The notes: generated by a model from the letters alone, not told the origin. DNA of 64,000 nucleotides from Candidatus Parcubacteria bacterium (GCA_963814275.1 CAWFCE010000002.1:106537-170536), one strand, 5' to 3'. Positions 35,442 to 45,587 are shown, counted from the stretch's first letter. Numbers and translations: made by a program.

Positions 35442-36032
35442 TCACATTTCGAAATAATCAACCGTTTCTTCATAATTTTCCGATACGAAAGGCCAATCCT
35501 CCGGCAGGCCGTGCTTCAAGTGATTGTCGACGGTATAGCGGTAATGCTCATAAAAATCTTTTTGACCCCGGACGATATGGTCATGAAACGACCTTTGCCA
35601 TTTAAAGGAAGGAATTTCATTTCGACTACTACCATATTCGATTTCGAATTGCCTCCGAAACGAATCCATTTCTTTCCTCACCGGAAGGCGACACGTCGCC
35701 GTGTCGCCGGTGAATTTTCTGCCGGTGATTATATAATTGGCATCCCTGGAAAAATTTTCTTTCAATGATTTCATTATTTGCGATATATTATATCCGTCCT
35801 CCGGCATCAATAATAAATTGACATGATCGTAAATAATACTCCATCCGAATAACGCAAATTTTTTCATCTCTTTGCATAATTTGAGCTCCTCGACCAACAG
35901 ACGGCAGAATATCGGCTCCCTGAAATAGGGATAATTATCATGAGTCTTGGTCACGATATAATAAATATTGCCTTCATCGTAAAATCGTTTTTGCGAATTA
36001 CGATGAATTTTTCCCTCCTTATGATACGGCAT
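35442..36032 (-). CDS. IS200/IS605-type Y1 transposase homolog, REP-associated (RAYT-like)
   Basis: YDHVNLLLMP at the HUH position and YRYTVDNHLKHGL at the catalytic-Tyr helix (Y-x3-N-x2-K-x-G-L); 196 aa. Flanked by inverted REP hairpins. Confidence 0.75.
   Translation of the reverse strand: MPYHKEGKIHRNSQKRFYDEGNIYYIVTKTHDNYPYFREPIFCRLLVEELKLCKEMKKFALFGWSIIYDHVNLLLMPEDGYNISQIMKSLKENFSRDANYIITGRKFTGDTATCRLPVRKEMDSFRRQFEIEYGSSRNEIPSFKWQRSFHDHIVRGQKDFYEHYRYTVDNHLKHGLPEDWPFVSENYEETVDYFEM
35683..35708 (-). repeat. REP-like hairpin, copy 3, inside the RAYT-like ORF
   Basis: Exact reverse complement of copy 2. It is read in-frame as TGDTATCRLPV. Confidence 0.85.
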
Positions 36033-36084
36033 ATCTGAATGAATAGATGATACTATTTAGTAAACAAGTTTTAACATATACCCC

Positions 36085-36110
36085 GGAAGGCGACACTTCG
36101 CCGTATCGCC
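36085..36110 (-). repeat. REP-like hairpin, copy 4 (degenerate)
   Basis: ggaaggcgacacttcgccgtatcgcc, upstream of the RAYT-like start. Confidence 0.65.
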
Positions 36111-36132
36111 TGCTTTTATTTTAAATAATATA

Positions 36133-36897
36133 TTACTTGATCTCCTGCCATAACTCCCGGAAAACTTCACGCAGGTTGTGGGCCAGGACCTGGTCATGGA
36201 TTTCGACCAGGTAATTCGGCTTTTGCCTGGTGACGAGCATGATCAGGTAGTCGCCCATCACCCAGGTCGAGGCGGTGAAATCGATCTTCTTCTGCCAATA
36301 CTTGATCTTCCGGACCGTCTCCAGTCTTTCCCCTTTCATCGCTTTCTCGATCTCTGAAAGGTTCGTTATGAGCTTGACCCGGTTTTCCGGCAACTCCTTG
36401 ACCGCCCAGGCGATCCATTCCCTGTATCTCTCGGCAAAGCTATGGTCCTGGAAACCCCAGCAGACGCCGTCTCGCTGCCGTGAGCTCTCATACCAGACGG
36501 AAAGCTGCTTATACAGGTATTTCTCCATTTCCTCTTCCTCGATGAAGCGGATCTTCGGGATGGAATATTTCTTATTCCCGAAAGGCATATCCTCAAGCTC
36601 ATCGATCGCGGCCGCGATCGTTTTTTTCTTGCTCTCTAGTGCTTTCTCCTCCTTTTCCGCAGACGAATACAAACTGTCGAAAGGCAGCGGCACCAGATAC
36701 AAGACCGATCCGCCCAAATCCTCGGCAATGACCCCTTTTTTGACCAGCGTCTTCACTGTCGCATACACCGTGGTTCGGTTAATGCCGGTCTGGGCTGCTA
36801 CCTGGGCCGGCGTGGTTTTCCCTTGTTCCAATATTGCCAGATATATTTCGGTTTCTTTATCGGTAAAATCAAGTTTTTTCAGTATTTCCTGGATCAT
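36133..36897 (-). CDS. TrmB-family HTH transcriptional regulator
   Basis: LDFTDKETEIYLAILEQGKTTPAQVAAQTGINRTTVYATVKTLVKKG. Confidence 0.78.
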   Translation of the reverse strand: MIQEILKKLDFTDKETEIYLAILEQGKTTPAQVAAQTGINRTTVYATVKTLVKKGVIAEDLGGSVLYLVPLPFDSLYSSAEKEEKALESKKKTIAAAIDELEDMPFGNKKYSIPKIRFIEEEEMEKYLYKQLSVWYESSRQRDGVCWGFQDHSFAERYREWIAWAVKELPENRVKLITNLSEIEKAMKGERLETVRKIKYWQKKIDFTASTWVMGDYLIMLVTRQKPNYLVEIHDQVLAHNLREVFRELWQEIK

Positions 36898-37120
36898 ATC
36901 ATATTTGAATCTAAACCCATAAATTACTTAATATTATAGTTTGTTGTTATATATATGTCAACAATTTTTTTTACTTTATATTAAATGATAAATTTAAATA
37001 TTTATAATTATTGTTATATTTATATTGACAATATCATAATTTTCTGTTATTATTATTGGTTGCACCTTAAAATATTATGTAATGTAAACTCTTTATACCA
37101 AACGAAAGGAGAAGCTAAAT

Positions 37121-37825
37121 ATGGATAAAGTCGATACTTATAATAATGAAGCGGCACGTAAATATTATGAGGTTGTAGGAGAAGATGTTGACAGCGAAAT
37201 AAATGAAGCGGAAAAACGCTTTACCGGTTTGATCCCCCGCGATCTCCCGGGCAAGAATGTGCTCGATCTCGGATGCGGCAACGGCCGGCACTCGGAATTA
37301 TTTTGCCAAAGCGGGGCGAATAAAGTTATCGCGCTGGACTGCAGCGAGTCAATGCTCCACCGCGCAATGGCGAGAAAAAAAGAAAAAAAGTTGAACAACC
37401 TCGAAATGATCTCCGCCGACATGAATTATTTACCGCTCAATAGGATCAAATTTGATCTGGTTTTCTCCCGCTTTTCCCTTATGTATACCGCGGAACTGGA
37501 GAAAGTAATGAGCTGCCTTGGACAATTCCTGGTAAAGGGCGGAAAAATCCTGATAGAAACCACAGTGGTTTATTACAAAAAAGATAATTGCCGCAATGAT
37601 CTGTCGGGTAAAACAATACCATTAATCTTAAGGAAAGGCGATAAAAAAATGGAATTCAGGAATTATCCTTATACTTTAAATGACTATCTCGGCGCGTTTG
37701 AAATATCGCGTTTGAATGTTACGGTTGCCGAAATATTTCCGGCCGATAACTTATCGATCAGCGCCAATTTTCCTTATCGCGATATAATCACCTATAATTA
37801 CGGCATCTTTAAAGCGATACATTGA
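37121..37825 (+). CDS. Class I SAM-dependent methyltransferase
   Basis: Motif I VLDLGCGNGRHS; SD AAAGGAGAAG upstream. Confidence 0.85.
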   Translation: MDKVDTYNNEAARKYYEVVGEDVDSEINEAEKRFTGLIPRDLPGKNVLDLGCGNGRHSELFCQSGANKVIALDCSESMLHRAMARKKEKKLNNLEMISADMNYLPLNRIKFDLVFSRFSLMYTAELEKVMSCLGQFLVKGGKILIETTVVYYKKDNCRNDLSGKTIPLILRKGDKKMEFRNYPYTLNDYLGAFEISRLNVTVAEIFPADNLSISANFPYRDIITYNYGIFKAIH

Positions 37826-37840
37826 TTTTAATTTTATATG

Positions 37841-37865
37841 GGCGACACGACGACGTGTCGCCTTC
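37841..37865 (+). repeat. REP-like hairpin, copy 5
   Basis: ggcgacacg-acga-cgtgtcgcc-ttc. Confidence 0.8.
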
Positions 37866-37922
37866 TGTTTTAAAAAATAAACCGATTTTGTTACATCTTA
37901 TTCGCCGTCAATCATCCTTCCC

Positions 37923-37948
37923 GGAAGGCGACACGTCGCCGTGTCGCC
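37923..37948 (-). repeat. REP-like hairpin, copy 6 (inverted partner of copy 5)
   Basis: Identical to copy 3. Confidence 0.85.
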
Positions 37949-38032
37949 GGCTTAAATACGAAAAAACCCGGATCAATCACCCGGGTTTTTCATATTTAAT
38001 TCAAATATTCGTCATTCGACATTCGTCACTCG

Positions 38033-39319
38033 TCATTTGCCGACGTTCCACTCTTTCAGCTTATCGACCACCTTTTGGCTGGACAAGGCATTTCTGAGAT
38101 AGGCGCGGTATTCGGGCGATTTTGACTGCTCCAGCATTTTCGGGTTGTCTTTGTAGGCCTTTTTGAGCTGTTCCAGCTGTTCTTCCATTTCCTTGTCCGA
38201 AACTTTGATATCCTCCTTGATCGCCAACTCGCGGATAAGGAGCGAGGCTTTGACCCGCTTGACCGCTTCCGGCAGGAGATCGAGCGTCAGCTGATTGCGG
38301 GTCTTATTGATCGACTGGAGATAATCTTCGAACTTGCCGCCCTGATCGGCTACCGTATGCTCAAGCTCATGGATCATATTATGCGATTCGGATTCGACCA
38401 ACATTTCCGGGATATCGCCGAACCGGGATTTATCGATTATCTTATCGAGCATTTCCCGCTCCATCGCCTGGTCCCGTTCCTGTTCTTTCTGTTTGGCCAG
38501 GCTTTTTTTCAGGTTATCCTTAAGCTCTTCCATTTTCTTCAGTCCGAATCCGGCGGCGAATTCATCATTCAATTCCGGCAGCTCACGGCTGAACACGTCT
38601 TTGACCGTGACTTTGAATTCTACCATTTTGCCGGCGATGTTCTTCATGTGGAAATCCTTGGGATAAGGCAGGGTGAATTCCCGGATCTCCCCTTTAGCCA
38701 TCCCCAAAAGTTGCTTGTCGAAGCCGGGGACGATATAATCCTTGCCGACGATTACGGCAGTGTCGGCCGATTGGCCGCCCTCGACCGGTACTTTGTCGAG
38801 AAACATCTGCATATCGATAAGAACCTTGTCTCCGTCCTTGATCGGCCGCAGCGATACGGCTTCCTTAACGCGCATCTCACGGAATTCGCCGAGCATCTTG
38901 TCGACTTCTTCGTCCTTGACCTCAACAGTTTTCCGCCTGATCCCCAAATCTTTATATGTTCCGAGAGTAACTTCCGGCAATAGGGCTAGCACCACTTTGT
39001 AGCCCACGGGGTTGCCCGGCGCCAATTTGGTTATATCCACTCTCGGCTGGCCGACCGGGGTGCCTTCGACATGATCGCGGATCACCGTGCCCAGAGTGTC
39101 ATTCACGGCCAGACGGGCAGCTTCTTCCAGAATGGTCATCTCGCCAACCTTGCGCTTAACGATATCGAAAGGCGCCTTGCCCGGCCGGAAACCTTCTATC
39201 TTAACGTCTTTCGAAACGCGCGCCGCTCCTTTTTCGAGAAACGGTTTGAATTCCTCAACCGAAAGCTCGACATTAAGCTCAATTTGCGATTTTTCCAATG
39301 GTTTTTTTTCTACGTTCAT
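38033..39319 (-). CDS. tig: Trigger factor
   Basis: N-terminal ribosome-binding GFRPGKAPFDIVKRKVG, a central PPIase-like segment and the C-terminal arm; 428 aa. Confidence 0.93.
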   Translation of the reverse strand: MNVEKKPLEKSQIELNVELSVEEFKPFLEKGAARVSKDVKIEGFRPGKAPFDIVKRKVGEMTILEEAARLAVNDTLGTVIRDHVEGTPVGQPRVDITKLAPGNPVGYKVVLALLPEVTLGTYKDLGIRRKTVEVKDEEVDKMLGEFREMRVKEAVSLRPIKDGDKVLIDMQMFLDKVPVEGGQSADTAVIVGKDYIVPGFDKQLLGMAKGEIREFTLPYPKDFHMKNIAGKMVEFKVTVKDVFSRELPELNDEFAAGFGLKKMEELKDNLKKSLAKQKEQERDQAMEREMLDKIIDKSRFGDIPEMLVESESHNMIHELEHTVADQGGKFEDYLQSINKTRNQLTLDLLPEAVKRVKASLLIRELAIKEDIKVSDKEMEEQLEQLKKAYKDNPKMLEQSKSPEYRAYLRNALSSQKVVDKLKEWNVGK

Positions 39320-39482
39320 GATTATAGATAACAGATAACAGTAAACAGATAGCAGTTACCTAACCGGTTATCTCTTTACCATATCCGATTTATTTTTAAA
39401 CTTCTATTTGATCTGAAAAGTTGAATAAATTGAGGGAGAGACAAGCTTGCCTCTCCCGTCGAACAGTGCCGTTTTGAAATGG

Positions 39483-39728
39483 CTAATTGCTCGAATTCCT
39501 TGCCAGCTGTAAAGCAATTAATTCCGCTCCTAACTGTTCCATTTCCTGTCTTTCCGAGAAAGACATTTTTCTCAATGCAGCCTCGTTTGCCAATACCTCA
39601 CTGCTACCGTCATCGCATAATGCTCTCTCGGGCAAAAAATCAAAAGTATTGTCTGCCACGACCGCATTAAATTTCTCTTTTTTAAGCTTTCTCCCAAATA
39701 AAAGATCTAAAAACTTTTTCATTGCCAC
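39483..39728 (-). CDS. Hypothetical 81-aa protein
   Basis: SD AAGGAGGGAG before the ATG; hairpin gggagag...ctctccc after the stop (39433-39457). Confidence 0.6.
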   Translation of the reverse strand: MAMKKFLDLLFGRKLKKEKFNAVVADNTFDFLPERALCDDGSSEVLANEAALRKMSFSERQEMEQLGAELIALQLARNSSN

Positions 39729-39793
39729 TCCCTCCTTATTTATTTGATATTCAAAAAAATTTATATCGTTCTGCTATCTGTTTATCTAAATAA

Positions 39794-40759
39794 TTACTTA
39801 TCGAAAACTTCGGTGAACTTCGGCGCTACCTGCTTCTTGCGGGAGATGATGCCCGGGAGATAAACGCGGCTGTTCTCCAGCTTGGCGCCGAGCGCCTCCT
39901 CCACCTTGGCCTGGTCCGCGGTCGCCACCAGAAATTGGCTGCCTACATTGATGATATCGGTCAAAAACAAAATTACGCTGTGGTAGCCGAGTTTATTCCT
40001 CATGTCATTCATAGTTTCCAGAAGCTCGTCTTCGCGCGGTTTGATCTCACCCAAATCGGCCGTCTCCATCTGGCCAATACCGAATTTGCCGGCCTTGAAC
40101 TCGAAATCCTTGAAGTCGGACTTAATTATCTCGGCCGGCGACAGCTCAGCCACGCTCGAGCGGATCTTGAAGAGCTCCATGCCATAAGCCTGCCAATCGC
40201 CGATGCCGGCGAGCTTCGATAATTCACTGATGATCTCTTTGTCTTTGTCCGTACAGGTCGGCGACTTGGTAATGACCGTGTCGATCAGCACTGCTGAAAG
40301 CATCAGTCCAGCCAGTTTGCCGTCCGGTTCGATATTATTCCTCTTATACAGATCATAAATTATCGAGCAACTCGAACCCCAGGGTTCGATCGTGACCTTG
40401 ATCGGTTCGGCGTATTTGAAGTCCAGTTTATGATGGTCAAGCAATTCGACGATTTTCGCATCGCCCATGCCATCCACGGACTGAGCGGATTCGTTATGGT
40501 CAACCAGGATAAAGCTTTTATCCGCGGCCGCAGTGATCATGGCCGGTTTGGCTATGGCGAACTTATCCAAAGCATAAGCTGTTTCCCGATTGCACTCTCC
40601 AGCGACAGCCGGCTCATAATTTTCGCCGCCTGCCAACCGGTTTTTGAGGTCGGCATAACTGATAGCCGCAGCGACCGAGTCCAGATCCGGCGACTTATGG
40701 CCGATAACATAAATATTATTTCCCATAGCACGTAGCCCATAACCCGTAACTCGCATCAT
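39794..40759 (-). CDS. ppaC: Manganese-dependent inorganic pyrophosphatase (DHH family II)
   Basis: IYVIGHKSPDLDSVAAAISYA, VDHNE and LLDHHKL motifs. The real start is probably the internal ATG at 40726 (MGNNIYVIGH). Confidence 0.9.
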   Translation of the reverse strand: MMRVTGYGLRAMGNNIYVIGHKSPDLDSVAAAISYADLKNRLAGGENYEPAVAGECNRETAYALDKFAIAKPAMITAAADKSFILVDHNESAQSVDGMGDAKIVELLDHHKLDFKYAEPIKVTIEPWGSSCSIIYDLYKRNNIEPDGKLAGLMLSAVLIDTVITKSPTCTDKDKEIISELSKLAGIGDWQAYGMELFKIRSSVAELSPAEIIKSDFKDFEFKAGKFGIGQMETADLGEIKPREDELLETMNDMRNKLGYHSVILFLTDIINVGSQFLVATADQAKVEEALGAKLENSRVYLPGIISRKKQVAPKFTEVFDK

Positions 40760-40824
40760 GTAGCATGCAACATACGAATTGCAACACGCAACTTATGCGA
40801 ATTAAAGCGGACTATGATATAAAA

Positions 40825-42348
40825 TTATTTATCTTCATCCTTCGCTTTTTTCTCTTTTTTCTTATCTTTTTTGTCTTTCTTTTCTTTTTCGGAATTCTCT
40901 TTTTCTTCTTTCTTGCTATCCTTTTTATTATCTTCTTTATTGGTAACTTTTTCTTCTTCCCTATTCTCGACTTTCTCGCTTTCAACTTTTTCGATAGCTT
41001 TATCCGTTTTTTTATCTTCATTCTTCAATTCCTTTTCGTTTTTAACATTTTCCGATTCATTTTTATCATCGCTAACTGTTTCTTTTTCACTGTCGTTCTC
41101 TGTTGTCTGTTTACTGTTTACTGTTGTCTCGTCTTTGTATTCCACAATATCCACTTTCCAACCGGTCAGCTTGGCCGCCAGACGGGCGTTCTGCCCGCCC
41201 TTGCCGATCGCCAGCGACAGCTGGTCGGAATTGACCTTGACCGTTGCTTTCCTGTTTTCTTCATTAGTATCTATCGAAAGCACTTTGGCGGGGGATAAAG
41301 CATTGGTAATATAGCGGATCGGATCATCGTCATGCTGGATGATATCGACTTTCTCGCCGCCCAGTTCACTTATGATTGTCTGGATGCGCGCGCCGCGCTG
41401 CCCAACGCAGGAGCCGATCGGATCGACATTTTCCGAGTCGGTCCAGACAGAAACCTTGGAGCGAAAGCCCGCTTCACGGGCCACACCCTTGATCTCAATT
41501 AAACCATTCGATATTTCCGGAATTTCCAGATAAAACACTTTTTTAAGTATTTCATCGGAAGTGCGTGATAATATGATCTCCGGCCCCTTGGAGCGCGAGC
41601 TTACTTCCTTGACATATACCTTGATCCGGTCACCGGGCCGATATTGCTCGCCCTGGATCATCTCTTCCGGAGTGAGCACCCCGACTGCCTTGCCCAGGTC
41701 GACCAAGACGATCTTGCCTTCGCGGCGCTGGACTACGCCAGAAACGACTTCATGCTCTTTTTCCTTAAAATCATTAAAGACCATTTCCCGCTCCGCTTCC
41801 CGAAGGCGCTGGATGATAACTTGCTTAGCAGTCTGGGCCGCCATCCGGCCGTAGCCCTCCGGCTCTTCCAGCTTAATCCTGATCTCATCACCCAATTTGG
41901 CGGTTTTCTTGATCTGTTTCGCTTCGCTTATTTCCATCATAGTCTTAGGATTGAATTTGAACTCCTCTTCATCTTCATCCGATTTTTTCTCGCCAGCTTC
42001 TGCCAACTGCCCCTTTGTCTCCTTTTTTTCGCTTTCCGGCTTCACTCCCTCATCCTTCTTTTTACCCCGCTTCCCTTCATTGCTGTTTTCTGTTTTCTCG
42101 GTGTCTTCACCTTCCTCCCCTTCCTCGTCTACCTCTTCTTCGGGTTGGTCTTCCACGACGGTTTTCACGTCAAAAATCTTCGACTTAGCTGTTTCCGGGT
42201 CGAATTCCACGATGATGTTCTGGTTTTTTTTGCCAAAATCCTTGCGGTAGGCAGCGGCCAAAGCCGATTCGATGGTCGTAACCACCGCTTCATAACTCAA
42301 ACCTTTTTCCTCACAAATTTGTTTAATCGCGCTTGATAATTCAGACAT
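40825..42348 (-). CDS. nusA: Transcription termination/antitermination factor NusA with an acidic insertion and a K/E-rich C-terminal tail
   Basis: NusA N-terminal domain, S1 (VSGVVQRREGKIVLVDLG) and KH domains (GSCVGQRGARIQTI, AIGKGGQNARLAAKLTGW). Start set to ATG at 42348 (MSELSS). Confidence 0.92.
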   Translation of the reverse strand: MSELSSAIKQICEEKGLSYEAVVTTIESALAAAYRKDFGKKNQNIIVEFDPETAKSKIFDVKTVVEDQPEEEVDEEGEEGEDTEKTENSNEGKRGKKKDEGVKPESEKKETKGQLAEAGEKKSDEDEEEFKFNPKTMMEISEAKQIKKTAKLGDEIRIKLEEPEGYGRMAAQTAKQVIIQRLREAEREMVFNDFKEKEHEVVSGVVQRREGKIVLVDLGKAVGVLTPEEMIQGEQYRPGDRIKVYVKEVSSRSKGPEIILSRTSDEILKKVFYLEIPEISNGLIEIKGVAREAGFRSKVSVWTDSENVDPIGSCVGQRGARIQTIISELGGEKVDIIQHDDDPIRYITNALSPAKVLSIDTNEENRKATVKVNSDQLSLAIGKGGQNARLAAKLTGWKVDIVEYKDETTVNSKQTTENDSEKETVSDDKNESENVKNEKELKNEDKKTDKAIEKVESEKVENREEEKVTNKEDNKKDSKKEEKENSEKEKKDKKDKKKEKKAKDEDK

Positions 42349-42692
42349 ATTTTTATTCAGAAAGCACGGCAAAATTATTAATTTCCTGCCTCAGCTTCTC
42401 CGAATTTATAAGTTATAAATATTGTAAAAAAATAAGCTAGTCTATCCGGAGGATAACTAGCCATTTCAAGTATATAATATCACAAGCAAGGATATTTGTC
42501 AATGACAGTCTGCTCTAAATTAATTTTACTATCTGTTTTTATTTAGTTTTGCGAAAATATGGCTCAAACAAAAATTATTTACTATTAATTTCGACCTCAC
42601 TGACCGGATAGCATAATTTTGGCTAAAATTTACATACAAAGCAAAAAATGTTAAAATAACATTAAGATATAATCTAATTAAAAATAAAAATT

Positions 42693-44147
42693 ATGTTCGA
42701 CAAACTTCATAAAAAATTATTCCGAGCGTCGGTATTTCTCACGCTTGTTCTGTTTTTTTCCGCGCTCATCGCACCCCTGCCCGGCTATGCTGCAACCAGC
42801 GCCACTGTCTATGAGGCCAACACAGTTAACGGCCAAGCGTACCGGTCAAACGGCAGTGTCTACAACTATAATATTGCCATTGAGCTGAGAAAAATTGCGT
42901 CTGGCCAGGCTACGGGCGGCCAATTAATAGATTTTTCGAAAAATTCGCGCGGTAAAATATCTTTTACCGACGTGCCCAACGGCAACTACAGGATCGATAT
43001 CTATTTTGAAAAAGACCTTTTAAACCCCGGAATCGATGCCACACCGATCTACTCCGACCAGATCACAATGAACACTTATGCTGTGGTTCTGCCGAACATA
43101 ACCCTGCCGATACCCACCAAGTGCGCCCGGGGGGAAACGTTCTACTTCGAAAATGGCCAGGGGCGCTGCGCTGTTATGAGCACTCATCAGCAAAATTTCA
43201 GCGCCGCCGAGCTGGAAGAACGTATCTTCGCGATGGTTAATTATTACCGCCGGACCAAAAAACAGGCCCCCTTCCAGCATGACGACCAATTGAAAACCAT
43301 GCTCAAGGCCCATGTCGCGGATATGGCAAATTATAATTACGTCAGTCTGACCGACCTCGACGGTTGCGATACTTTGTGCCGCCTCAATGCCAACAACATT
43401 TTGCCGTCGATTCCCTTCGCGATGGCCCTGGGATATTATACCTATGACCGGATTTTCAAGGGCGGCATACCGGCCCGCTACATCACGCCGTATAGCTTTG
43501 CTAACCGGATCGCGCGAAAAATTAAATATAAAAAATTGTCGGAATATGACAAATTCGAAGCCGCTGTCGTAATAAAGAATAACCGCGTCTATGTCCACCA
43601 GGCCGGCATGGCCGATTTTACAATCGACGAATGGGGGGAATTGGTCGGTATAGTGACCCACCTGGTCAGCGGAGTGTCCAGCGACCGGGAAAAAATAGTA
43701 AAAGTCCACGACTGGATCACGGAAAATATCGCTTATGACGTCAAAAAAAGAAGCATGAGCTATACGGGTGTCGGGGCATTCCGCAACCGGCTGGCGGTCT
43801 GCGAGGGATATGCCGACCTATTAAGATACATGATGGCCATAGCCAACATCAATGCCGATATCGTCCACGGCTGGGCGCCTCAGGCGCATGCCTGGAATAT
43901 GGTCTCGCTCGACAGCCAGATATTATACATTGACGCGACCTGGGATGCCGGCTACCTTTATAAAAGAAAATTCGTCTCGTCGCCCAGCGACAATTATCTC
44001 CTGATTCCGGAGGACTGTATCGTGATCGACCATTTTACGGATAAAAAATCCCGCGTAAAAAATAAACAGGCATATCTCTCGCAAAACCAGGAGGTTTTTT
44101 CCGCACAATGCGGTGGACTATACGATAAATACGCGCCGAACATATAA
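42693..44147 (+). CDS. Secreted protein with a CAP/SCP-like region and a transglutaminase-like cysteine protease core
   Basis: Signal peptide; Cys-His-Asp candidate triad in CEGYADLLRYMM...AHAWNMV...IDATWD. Confidence 0.65.
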   Translation: MFDKLHKKLFRASVFLTLVLFFSALIAPLPGYAATSATVYEANTVNGQAYRSNGSVYNYNIAIELRKIASGQATGGQLIDFSKNSRGKISFTDVPNGNYRIDIYFEKDLLNPGIDATPIYSDQITMNTYAVVLPNITLPIPTKCARGETFYFENGQGRCAVMSTHQQNFSAAELEERIFAMVNYYRRTKKQAPFQHDDQLKTMLKAHVADMANYNYVSLTDLDGCDTLCRLNANNILPSIPFAMALGYYTYDRIFKGGIPARYITPYSFANRIARKIKYKKLSEYDKFEAAVVIKNNRVYVHQAGMADFTIDEWGELVGIVTHLVSGVSSDREKIVKVHDWITENIAYDVKKRSMSYTGVGAFRNRLAVCEGYADLLRYMMAIANINADIVHGWAPQAHAWNMVSLDSQILYIDATWDAGYLYKRKFVSSPSDNYLLIPEDCIVIDHFTDKKSRVKNKQAYLSQNQEVFSAQCGGLYDKYAPNI

Positions 44148-44186
44148 CTTATTTTCAAAATTATCAAATAAATTAGCCATAAATCT

Positions 44187-45587
44187 ATGAAACAAAGATA
44201 TTCCTATTTCTTATTCTGCGGCCTCCTTGCAGTCATGTTCGCGGTCGGCGGGCAAAGCGCTCATTCGGCTGCCAATATGGCCAATGCCCAAAAAGGCAAA
44301 ATCCTTCTGCAGGTCGAGAAAAACGGCGAAGCCTGGTACGTCAATCCGGCGGACGAAATGCGCTATTTCATGGGCCGGCCCGAAGATGCCTTCATTCTGA
44401 TGCGCCAGCTGGGAGTAGGAATTACCACCGGCAACCTGGACAAAATACGGTATGCGGCAATAAACGGAGCCGGTCCCGACCAGGATGGCGACGGTCTATC
44501 CGACTTATACGAAGATGCCATCGGCAGCGACAAAACCAAGATCGATTCCGACAATGACGGCTATGCCGACAAGGTAGAGGTCGAAAATGGCTTCAACCCC
44601 CTGGGCGCTGGCTCCCTCAAGGCTGACGATAATTTTAGCGGGCAGCAAAAGGGGCGGATCCTGCTCCAGGTCGAAGGTAACGGTGAGGCCTGGTACGTCA
44701 ATCCGGCGGATGGACTACGCTATTTCATGGGCCGCCCGGCCGATGCCTTCGCCCTGATGCGCCAGCTGGGGCTCGGCATCAGTAATGCCAACCTGGAAAG
44801 AATCGCCATTAAATCCGGCCCAGCGGATAATACCACGCCCGAATCAAGCCCCGCACAGGCCCCTGCGAACAGTGAATTATCGAAAATCATCGCAGACCAC
44901 CAGGCGATGGTCAAATCGTTCATCGCTTCCTATGACGCCGACGATTATACCACTTACGGCCAATTATCCGAAAAAACCTTTACCGCCGCCGGGGCGGCCA
45001 AAGCCGAAGAAAAGGTAAGCGACTTCTTTTCCGCCTTCACCCTCGGCCTGAAAAGGATCAATCGGCTTGACCTGAATGAGGAATACCAGTTCGCGCAGGA
45101 TAATGGCGATCCCGTCCTGCCTTACGATAAAATTGACGATCAAACGATCGTAATTGGCTTGGGAATCGAGGATATCAACCCCTACGAGCTGAAACTTGAA
45201 GGTGGCAAATGGAAAGTTGACCTGAAACTCGCTGAGAGCTATTATAATGAAGCGGAAAATCTGGCCAGCATAGAGGTAGACGCTGAGGGATCGGAATTGG
45301 AGCTTTACTTGATGGGAAAAATAAAGCCAGTGTTGCAGGCATACAAAAAATCTCACGGTAATTATCCAAGTTCCCTGGAAAAAATACTGATAACCTATCC
45401 TGCGCTCAAAGATTATCTTGACATGTTTTACTATGCCGTTAGTAGCGATGGCATAAAATGCCATTACGGGATCGAGGTATACGACGATGAAGCGCAGCTT
45501 GCCAAAGACTCGGATTTCGATTCGCTAGCTGAAGGATTCGACAACGGTTTTGAGGGCGATGACCCCATATATGATATCGTAATGTAA
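44187..45587 (+). CDS. Secreted repeat protein (two copies of a roughly 60-aa module plus a Ca-binding D-x-D-x-D-G linker)
   Basis: Signal peptide. The module GKILLQVEKNGEAWYVNPADEMRYFMGRPEDAFILMRQLG is repeated as GRILLQVEGNGEAWYVNPADGLRYFMGRPADAFALMRQLG. Linker DQDGDGLSD...DSDNDGYAD. Confidence 0.75.
   Translation: MKQRYSYFLFCGLLAVMFAVGGQSAHSAANMANAQKGKILLQVEKNGEAWYVNPADEMRYFMGRPEDAFILMRQLGVGITTGNLDKIRYAAINGAGPDQDGDGLSDLYEDAIGSDKTKIDSDNDGYADKVEVENGFNPLGAGSLKADDNFSGQQKGRILLQVEGNGEAWYVNPADGLRYFMGRPADAFALMRQLGLGISNANLERIAIKSGPADNTTPESSPAQAPANSELSKIIADHQAMVKSFIASYDADDYTTYGQLSEKTFTAAGAAKAEEKVSDFFSAFTLGLKRINRLDLNEEYQFAQDNGDPVLPYDKIDDQTIVIGLGIEDINPYELKLEGGKWKVDLKLAESYYNEAENLASIEVDAEGSELELYLMGKIKPVLQAYKKSHGNYPSSLEKILITYPALKDYLDMFYYAVSSDGIKCHYGIEVYDDEAQLAKDSDFDSLAEGFDNGFEGDDPIYDIVM

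Noticed and set aside
40765-41314. ORFs 40765-41298 (+), 40871-41314 (+) and 40812-41021 (-)
   Set aside because: They are low-complexity frames generated by the K/E-rich tail of nusA.
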